From: an uncultured Candidatus Saccharibacteria bacterium
GTDB taxonomy: Bacteria; Patescibacteriota; Minisyncoccia; SW-4-49-11
NCBI GenBank assembly: GCA_964585065.1
Contig: CAZPCB010000001.1
Span: forward strand, 226,866 to 290,865
DNA: 64,000 bases
Direction of reading: 5' to 3'
Below the pieces are notes generated by a model. It made no database searches, was not told where the DNA came from, and saw only the letters and a program-made list of their open reading frames with translations. Positions 57,564-64,000 of the stretch are shown here, piece after piece. Position 1 is the first letter of the stretch; every line of letters begins with the position of its first letter. Both the position numbers and the translations under genes were made by a program.

Positions 57564-58187
57564 TTAACCTAAAATTACATTAGTGAGCCCAAATATAAGA
57601 GGCCTAATCAGTCCAAAACCAAATAAAGCAAATATGAGTACAATAAACATTCCTTGTTCTTCTAATACGGCATAGGATTTGCTTCTAATAATATTATAGG
57701 GAAGTAGTGGAGCAATAATTTTAGACCCATCCAGAGGAGGAATCGGTATAGAATTAAATATTGCAAGGACAATATTAATAAGTACTGCAATAAAAAATAA
57801 TTGAGCTACTTCTTGGGGAATTGCCATAAATAATCCCGCTGTACGATACAATGCTCCAAGCCCTAAAGCTAATAATATATTTGACCCTGGCCCCGCAAGA
57901 GCAACGAGAGCTGGCGCCCATTTTTGATCTCTTAATAAATAAGGATTAAATGGAACTGGCTTAGCATAACCAAACATAAAAGCCCCACTACTGGCAATCC
58001 CCATCAATAGAGGTAATATAATTGAACCATATATATCAATATGAGGGATAGGGTTGAGGGTTAATCTTCCTGCTAATTTTGCTGTCGGGTCTCCAAGGGC
58101 TAAAGCTATTACTCCATGTGACACCTCATGAATAATCACCGCAAATATCAAAATAATAATTTGAAATATAATTAAAGTTGTATCCAT
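57564..58187 (-). CDS. site-2 protease family (M50) metalloprotease
   Basis: HEVSH, AGP.SN, FNSIPIPPLDG; ATG at 58187 chosen as start. Confidence 0.92.
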   Translation of the reverse strand: MDTTLIIFQIIILIFAVIIHEVSHGVIALALGDPTAKLAGRLTLNPIPHIDIYGSIILPLLMGIASSGAFMFGYAKPVPFNPYLLRDQKWAPALVALAGPGSNILLALGLGALYRTAGLFMAIPQEVAQLFFIAVLINIVLAIFNSIPIPPLDGSKIIAPLLPYNIIRSKSYAVLEEQGMFIVLIFALFGFGLIRPLIFGLTNVILG

Positions 58188-58199
58188 ATTGATAGGCAG

Positions 58200-58255
58200 T
58201 TGACTTTTATTCATCTAACAGGTATAATAATACCATATTTTGTCATCAATCTCAA
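58200..58255. promoter_or_regulatory. overlapping opposed promoters for rpmB (+) and the M50 operon (-)
   Basis: TTGACT-17-TATAAT (58200-58228, +) and TTGAGA-17-TATTAT (58255-58227, -). Confidence 0.65.
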
Positions 58256-58276
58256 TAATACCGTTAACTTTATAGT

Positions 58277-58477
58277 ATGTCTCGACGATGTGAATTACCA
58301 ATTTGTTCAAAAAAAGCGATGGTTGTAACCAAGCGTAAACTTTTACGTGGCAATTATAATCCTACTAGTAAGCATACTCAAAAAGTAAATGTACAGCCCT
58401 ATACTCTTCCTGATGGAACTAAAGTAAAAGCTTGTACTACTTGTATGCGAACTATTAATAAAAGCTTAGCTGTCTAA
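58277..58477 (+). CDS. rpmB: 50S ribosomal protein L28
   Basis: MSRRC...C.K, KVNVQ, KACTTCMRT. Confidence 0.85.
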   Translation: MSRRCELPICSKKAMVVTKRKLLRGNYNPTSKHTQKVNVQPYTLPDGTKVKACTTCMRTINKSLAV

Positions 58478-58481
58478 AGCT

Positions 58482-58514
58482 AACAAAAAGGAGTATCAGA
58501 TACTTCTTTTTGTT
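58482..58514. terminator. bidirectional terminator
   Basis: AACAAAAAGGAGTATC-a-GATACTTCTTTTTGTT. Confidence 0.8.
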
Positions 58515-59149
58515 TATATGACTTCTTTTTCTCCAAGGAATTTAGGTTGCCGATTCAAGATATGTATATCAGTCCATGCCTGAGTTCGAGCCAGAATTTC
58601 TCGTGCCTGTGTACGAATACTCGATTTTACTGGAACTCCTTTTGCGACAAATCCCTCTGCATCAATGCCCAAAGTTCGGGCAATATATACTGCTCTTTTG
58701 ATATGAAATTCCTGAGAAATAATAACAATATCATTTTGCCCAAATATATCTCGGGAGCGTACTACAGAGTCAAGAGTACGAAATCCCGCATAATCGAGTA
58801 CTATATCCTCCTTAGGAATACCCCGCTCCAATAATGCTGTTTGCATTGCCTTAGGCTCATTATAAGAGATATCTGCATTATCTCCACTTACTAAAATCTT
58901 TTTGATTTTACCTTTTTGATATAATTCTACTGCTGCCTCAATACGATTGACGAAATAGGGATTATCCCCTCCCCCAATCATACGTTCACTGGTTCCTAAT
59001 ACCAAACCCACCTTATGATCTTTTAAATCATCTGCTTTATTTTTAATAAATGGTATAGGGTCATGGGAAATTGAAGCATTCGTATATGCAATAAAAATTA
59101 TAGCTCCGATAATTAGAATACCTATACTTCTTCGAATAAATACAATCAT
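58514..59149 (-). CDS. sanA: SanA/DUF218 family protein
   Basis: LVLGT, VSGDN, YNEP, DYAGFRTLDS, SQEFH..RA, RE. Confidence 0.9.
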   Translation of the reverse strand: MIVFIRRSIGILIIGAIIFIAYTNASISHDPIPFIKNKADDLKDHKVGLVLGTSERMIGGGDNPYFVNRIEAAVELYQKGKIKKILVSGDNADISYNEPKAMQTALLERGIPKEDIVLDYAGFRTLDSVVRSRDIFGQNDIVIISQEFHIKRAVYIARTLGIDAEGFVAKGVPVKSSIRTQAREILARTQAWTDIHILNRQPKFLGEKEVI

Positions 59150-59208
59150 ATAATATAGTATATCATATGATTGAAAAGATTTATCTGATTATATTAGTTA
59201 AAATTATA

Positions 59209-59601
59209 TCAGAAAGACGAATATTCCAATATAATACCTGCGGCTGTTTTAGTAATAGTATATTGACCTATATCAGGTAATGGTATAGCTGCTATATAGG
59301 GGTCTAGATCTGTAGTCAAATCTATACCTCCTGTACAAGGATTTGTAGCACATAATCCTACCGTTCCTCCTGTCACTACAGATTGTAGGGCTGGTGGATA
59401 TTGTCCCCGATTATTGACCACATATTGCTCTATTGCCTTTGCAATAGCATCCATATCTGCTTTTCTCTTGACAGACTTTCCTGCCTCTAATTGTTTATTC
59501 GGGTTTAATGCCACCAAAGCTATGGCTGATAATATTCCAATTGCAGTAATTGTGAGTATTATTTCTAATAAGGTAAATCCTTTTTTATTTTTATTAATCA
59601 T
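59209..59601 (-). CDS. orphan type IV pilin-like protein
   Basis: KKG|FTLLEIL; ALNP.KQ; Cys pair. Confidence 0.88.
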   Translation of the reverse strand: MINKNKKGFTLLEIILTITAIGILSAIALVALNPNKQLEAGKSVKRKADMDAIAKAIEQYVVNNRGQYPPALQSVVTGGTVGLCATNPCTGGIDLTTDLDPYIAAIPLPDIGQYTITKTAAGIILEYSSF

Positions 59602-59657
59602 ATATATTATATTGAATCTTATACTTATTCTATCATATACAATCTATTCCTCCAATA

Positions 59658-59693
59658 ATACTACTTGCAAATAATTTGCAAGTAGTATATAAT
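59658..59693 (+). promoter_or_regulatory. Fur/Zur-like operator overlapping the znu promoter
   Basis: 14-3-14 palindrome ATACTACTTGCAAA-taa-TTTGCAAGTAGTAT over TTGCAA-17-TATAAT. Confidence 0.75.
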
Positions 59694-59721
59694 TCACCTA
59701 TATATTTAAATATAATACCCT

Positions 59722-60690
59722 ATGAAATCCCCTCGATTTATTCTCCTTATTATTCTGCTATTATTGGGAGCAATAGCAGTATTAGCACTCAATAGACCCC
59801 AAAATACATCTCCAAATACTGTACAAATGCAAAGCCAAACTCCAAAACCTGTTATTGTCACTACGCTATTCCCCTTCTATGATATTACGAGAATATTAGC
59901 AGGAGATAAAGCTGAAGTCTCTCTTTTATTACCACCCGGTATAGAGCCACATGCCTTTGAGCCAACTCCACAAGATATTGTACGCATTCAGGAAGCAGAT
60001 ATCTTTATATATACTGGGGATGCTATGGAACCTTGGGTAAAAGATATTATGAATAATTTACCTAATACTGTTACTGTAATTGATGCAAGTAAAGGAATTA
60101 CTTTAATAGAAAGTGTAGATGATCATGGCCATGAGAATGAGAAAAATACAGAAAAACTTGCCCTTGATCCTCATTTTTGGCTAGACTTTAATAATACTAT
60201 TATCGCAACAAAGACAATTTCTGATACTGTATCCTCAAAAAATATCATAGATAATAGTCTATTAAGTCAAAATACAGAGAAATTAATACAAAATTTAACT
60301 CAACTTGATACAGATTATACTAATACTCTCTCAACTTGTACAAATAAAACTATTATTCAAGCTGGACATAGGACATTCGAATATTTAGCTCGTAAATATA
60401 ATCTTGAATATATTACCACGGAAGAATTAAGCCCTAATAGTGATACTTCAGCTAAAGATATTGCAATGCTAATTGATGAAGTTAAGGAAGAAAAAGCCAA
60501 GACCGTATTTAGTGAAGAATTAATTGAACCTCGTATCGCAAAGACTATATCAGATGAAACGGGAGTCCCAATATTATTACTCAATGGTGCACATAATATC
60601 ACATCTGATCAATTCAAATCTGGAATATCTTTTATTGATATTATGCGAGAAAATCTAGAGAATTTACGTGCTGGGCTTGATTGTAAATAA
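59722..60690 (+). CDS. znuA: Zn/Mn ABC transporter substrate-binding protein
   Basis: EPHAFEP, DPHFW, His-containing loop DDHGHE. Confidence 0.9.
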   Translation: MKSPRFILLIILLLLGAIAVLALNRPQNTSPNTVQMQSQTPKPVIVTTLFPFYDITRILAGDKAEVSLLLPPGIEPHAFEPTPQDIVRIQEADIFIYTGDAMEPWVKDIMNNLPNTVTVIDASKGITLIESVDDHGHENEKNTEKLALDPHFWLDFNNTIIATKTISDTVSSKNIIDNSLLSQNTEKLIQNLTQLDTDYTNTLSTCTNKTIIQAGHRTFEYLARKYNLEYITTEELSPNSDTSAKDIAMLIDEVKEEKAKTVFSEELIEPRIAKTISDETGVPILLLNGAHNITSDQFKSGISFIDIMRENLENLRAGLDCK

Positions 60691-60707
60691 ATGCTATACT
60701 TATCTCA

Positions 60708-61457
60708 ATGAAGAATAGTATTATATCCCTTGATAATGTCTCTGTATCATTTGGCATAAGTCAGATATTACAGAGTATTAGCCTTGATATTAAACAAGGT
60801 GATTTTATTGGTATTACCGGTCCAAATGGAGCAGGAAAATCTACTCTTATTCGTACCATATTAAATCTAAATCCCTATACGGGTTCTATTAAGCTTTGGG
60901 ATAAACCCCTTGCTAATTTTCATAATTGGAATTATATAGGGTATGTACCTCAATCTTTAAATCAATATTCTCATCAATTCCCTGCGACAGTAGAGGAAAT
61001 CGTGTCCCTAGGGCTGATTTCGACCCTTTCTTGGCCTCGTATACTTAGCAAAGATAATATACAAACTATTCATGAAACTCTCAAATCTCTTGATATACAG
61101 GATTTAGCAAAAACCTCTATTCATGATTTATCAGGAGGTCAAAGGCAAAGAGTATGGCTAGCAAAAGCTCTGGTATCAAAACCAAAGGTATTAATTCTCG
61201 ATGAGCCCACCAATGCTCTTGATCCTGAAATTAGAAATACCTTTTATGAGCAAATTAGTAAACTTCATAAACAAGGTTTAACTATTCTCCTTATCACGCA
61301 TGATACTAATGATATTGGAAATTATGCTGATAAAATTCTTCTCATTGATACTCATATTATCTTTTGGGGGGACTTTCATGAATTTTGCGAATCTGATTCC
61401 ATGAGTAATTATTTTGGAGAGGGGTCAAAACATCTTATTTGTCATCAACATGAATAA
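60708..61457 (+). CDS. znuC: metal ABC transporter ATPase
   Basis: GPNGAGKS, GYVPQ, LSGGQRQR, LDEP, C-terminal CHQH. Confidence 0.9.
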   Translation: MKNSIISLDNVSVSFGISQILQSISLDIKQGDFIGITGPNGAGKSTLIRTILNLNPYTGSIKLWDKPLANFHNWNYIGYVPQSLNQYSHQFPATVEEIVSLGLISTLSWPRILSKDNIQTIHETLKSLDIQDLAKTSIHDLSGGQRQRVWLAKALVSKPKVLILDEPTNALDPEIRNTFYEQISKLHKQGLTILLITHDTNDIGNYADKILLIDTHIIFWGDFHEFCESDSMSNYFGEGSKHLICHQHE

Positions 61458-62268
61458 TCTTATTAACCTCTTACAATATCAATTCGTTGAGCAGGCTATT
61501 ATTGCCGGGTTTTTCCTTGGGCTTGTTTGTGCAGTTCTTGGGGTATTTCTGGTACTTCGTAAAATGTCTCTAATTGGAGATGGTCTTGCTCATATTAGTT
61601 TTGGAGCAATTGCTATTGGTATTGCTTTTGGCATATATCCCTTATTTGTTGCTATCCCCCTTGTGATTATTGCATCTCTTATTATTTATACTCTCACTCG
61701 GAATAATATTATTGAAGGAGATGCTATTATTGGAATACTCGCATCTCTTGGACTTGCTATTGGAGTTATTATATCAAGTATTACCACAGGATTTAATATT
61801 GATATTTTTAGCTATCTTTTTGGTAATATTTTAGCTATTAATCAGCAGGAATTGATATTTGCTATTATTGGATCAATTTCTATACTATCTATTATTATCC
61901 TTTTTTATCAAGAATTTGTAGCAATTTCATTTAATACCGAACAAGCTAAAATTAGTGGGCTTCCCGTATCTAGATTAGATATAGTATTCTCTATTATTAC
62001 TGCTCTTACCGTTATTATGAGTATCAAATTAGCTGGTGCATTATTAATTTCAGCTTTACTTATTCTTCCTGCAAGTTCTAGTTTACAAATTGCAAAAAGT
62101 TTTCAGCAAACTATTATTTTTGCTATTATTATTGCCCTTATTAGTATACTGATTGGAATTATTATTTCTTTTATTGGAAATATCCCAACGGGAGCTACTA
62201 TTGTAACTATCAATGCAATACTATTTTTTGGAATACTTTTGTATAAGTCTCTTATATCTAGTCGCTAA
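61450..62268 (+). CDS. znuB: metal ABC transporter permease
   Basis: GDGLAH, YLFGNIL, GALL; ATG at 61450 chosen as start. Confidence 0.9.
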   Translation: MNNLINLLQYQFVEQAIIAGFFLGLVCAVLGVFLVLRKMSLIGDGLAHISFGAIAIGIAFGIYPLFVAIPLVIIASLIIYTLTRNNIIEGDAIIGILASLGLAIGVIISSITTGFNIDIFSYLFGNILAINQQELIFAIIGSISILSIIILFYQEFVAISFNTEQAKISGLPVSRLDIVFSIITALTVIMSIKLAGALLISALLILPASSSLQIAKSFQQTIIFAIIIALISILIGIIISFIGNIPTGATIVTINAILFFGILLYKSLISSR

Positions 62269-62273
62269 TACTA

Positions 62274-63419
62274 TTAGCCAATTGGGATATGTAGAGTAAA
62301 TACTGTTCCCTTACCTTCCTCAGATTCAACTCGAATAGTTCCATTATGTAATTCTATAATTGCTTTGGTAAGGGTTAGCCCTAGTCCCCTACCTCCAGTA
62401 TGCCTGGATCTTGATGCATCTACTCGATAAAATTTATCAAAAATACGATGTATAACATTTTCTGGAATTCCAATACCCGTATCTTGAATACGCATAGTAA
62501 AGAATTTTTTATAAATTTGGGTATCAATAATAATTGTACCCCCTTTACTAGAATATTGAATAGCATTTTCTATAATATTCTCTACCGCTTGAGTAATCAA
62601 AATAGATACTAGAGGTAAAGTTGTATTAAGCTTTTTACCTGTAATAGTAATGGTAATATCTTTCAACTTAGCCTTTGCCTGGACATTATGAGTAACAGTA
62701 TCCAAAATTGATTGAATACTTATTAACTCAAATTGCAAATGTTCTTTTGATAAAGATAACAAAGATAAATCATTAATTAAATCATTGAGATAATCAATTT
62801 TAGTTTGTATTTCCTGTAATAATACCGTATTGTCTTTGCCTAATTTGGTATCTGCTAATACTAAATCAGTTTTTGCCATCATTACAGATAATGGGGTTTT
62901 GAGCTCATGAGAGGCAAATTCAATAAATTCCTTTTGTGAGCGAAAACTTTTCCCCAAACGCAAAAGCATCTCATTAATTGATGAGATGAGTTCTTGTAAT
63001 TCTTCGTCTAAATGAGGATATGTTATTTTTTCAATTGACTCAGCTTGAATTGCTTTAATTTGTTTATTAATATCTTTTATAGGGCTTAACACTTGGGCTG
63101 ATATAGCATTCCCCCCCGCTAAAGATAACCCTACAAGAATTGCAAATATAAAAAATGAACTGCGGCGAATCGTAGATAAATCTTGCTCACGAATTTCACG
63201 AATAACTTCAATAAATTTATCTTGAGGGAAACTTCCATCTTCAAATCCAGAAAAAACATTACTGTATTCAGATAATCCATCTAAACCTAATTCAGTTTGC
63301 TGATAATATCTTGCTGCCAATACATTCAATGTTATCAGTACAATAAGACTCAACAGAACAAAAAGTCCTGTATAATACATGGTGAGTCGAAATTGTAATG
63401 TGTGAATATATTGAGACAT
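62274..63419 (-). CDS. HAMP-domain sensor histidine kinase
   Basis: two TMs, ASHELKTPL, NAIQY, DTGIGI, GRGLGL. Confidence 0.93.
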   Translation of the reverse strand: MSQYIHTLQFRLTMYYTGLFVLLSLIVLITLNVLAARYYQQTELGLDGLSEYSNVFSGFEDGSFPQDKFIEVIREIREQDLSTIRRSSFFIFAILVGLSLAGGNAISAQVLSPIKDINKQIKAIQAESIEKITYPHLDEELQELISSINEMLLRLGKSFRSQKEFIEFASHELKTPLSVMMAKTDLVLADTKLGKDNTVLLQEIQTKIDYLNDLINDLSLLSLSKEHLQFELISIQSILDTVTHNVQAKAKLKDITITITGKKLNTTLPLVSILITQAVENIIENAIQYSSKGGTIIIDTQIYKKFFTMRIQDTGIGIPENVIHRIFDKFYRVDASRSRHTGGRGLGLTLTKAIIELHNGTIRVESEEGKGTVFTLHIPIG

Positions 63420-63436
63420 ATTGTGAATTATAACAC

Positions 63437-63470
63437 AGAAAAGAGAGAAGGTTTAAACTTCTCTTTTTCT
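63437..63470. terminator. terminator-like hairpin just upstream of the kinase
   Basis: AGAAAAGAGAGAAG-gtttaaa-CTTCTCTTTTTCT. Confidence 0.6.
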
Positions 63471-63598
63471 ATTTGCTAAACAGCTTTTCTCCACTTAGGA
63501 GTATATATATCTGATATCAGATAGTGATAATATGATTTAATTGTTATTGTGTGAATAAGGTGCAAAGTACTTTAATTGTATTAGATCAAGGTTGACCT

Positions 63599-63754
63599 CT
63601 AATACCTATGTTTGCCTTTGAATACTCTTTCGGTACCATCTTTTTTGATCATCGTATGTGAACCTATACTTGATCTATGATTAGTTAGCTTAAGATGTGA
63701 TGCCATCCCGAGTACCCTAACTTTTTGTTGAACAAATTGCTTCTGGTATCTCAT
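63599..63754 (-). CDS. possible 51-aa basic ORF
   Basis: MRYQKQFVQQKVRVLGMASH...KGKHRY; AAGGA upstream; no homology recognised. Confidence 0.3.
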   Translation of the reverse strand: MRYQKQFVQQKVRVLGMASHLKLTNHRSSIGSHTMIKKDGTERVFKGKHRY

Positions 63755-63871
63755 ATTAGTATCCTTAGTTATTATTGAATCATCTTGTGATTCTGTTTAT
63801 ATTATATACCTATATGAGTGAAGCTAATGTGAAGAAAAACACAAATATATCAATATGCTCAATAATGAATC

Positions 63872-64000
63872 CTAGATTATTCCATAGCCTTTTCCTTTTA
63901 CCGTTTTAATTAAGGTTTTATTAGGATCAATTTTACGCCTTAGAGTTTTGATATGAGTTTTTACCGTATCAGAAAACATATCTACTGAATCATCCCATAC
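63872..64000 (-). CDS. OmpR-family response regulator, C-terminal part (truncated by window edge)
   Basis: VWDDSVDMFSDTVKTHIKTLRRKID...IKTVKGKGY winged-helix motif. Confidence 0.9.
   Translation of the reverse strand, partial: VWDDSVDMFSDTVKTHIKTLRRKIDPNKTLIKTVKGKGYGII

Noticed and set aside
2044-60602. Short antisense or nested ORFs within housekeeping genes (e.g. 2044-2364, 15961-16416, 18678-19022, 58547-58834)
   Set aside because: Shadows of well-supported genes with no independent evidence.
1-64000. Genetic code 25 (UGA=Gly) as in Gracilibacteria/Absconditabacteria
   Set aside because: Core genes are uninterrupted under code 11 and several (e.g. manC) end at TGA at the expected length.
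1-64000. CRISPR array, rRNA, transposase, integrase, prophage or reverse transcriptase
   Set aside because: No regularly spaced direct repeats or recognisable motifs were seen.

Overview
AT-rich (roughly 30% GC in hand-counted sample lines) bacterial chromosome segment. Gene content and layout point to a Patescibacteria/CPR organism (Parcubacteria-like; inference): a pilM-N-O-B-T-C-A-D type IV pilus locus without a secretin, a DUF4012-like gene, coiled-coil peptidoglycan hydrolases, tRNA-Arg(GCG) and mostly SD-less starts. TGA is used as a stop, so the code is standard 11. Most of the window is housekeeping: murC/murG/mltG/uppS, ligA, recG, recO, trmD, tsaD, tgt, prfA/prmC, gltX, pyrG, ribosomal proteins, znuACB and two tRNAs. 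The standout is 29.6-33.3 kb, an array of five single-gene units inside a wzz/wzy/glycosyltransferase locus. Each unit has its own AT-rich resident-style sigma70 promoter and intrinsic terminator, but the three central transcribed parts are GC-rich (55-70% in sampled lines). Four encode Sec-signal-peptide proteins, one of which looks like an outer-membrane beta-barrel although CPR are thought to lack an outer membrane. This could be a host-directed effector or gene-cassette system (hypothesis). Other oddities: a long hairpin that folds well only antisense to the barrel gene, a D-arm-less tRNA-like element after rpsP, tandem RNase J paralogs with degenerate active sites, a Tgt lacking its Zn cysteines, and REP-like inverted repeat pairs. 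All calls come from reading motifs by eye; no database search was run.
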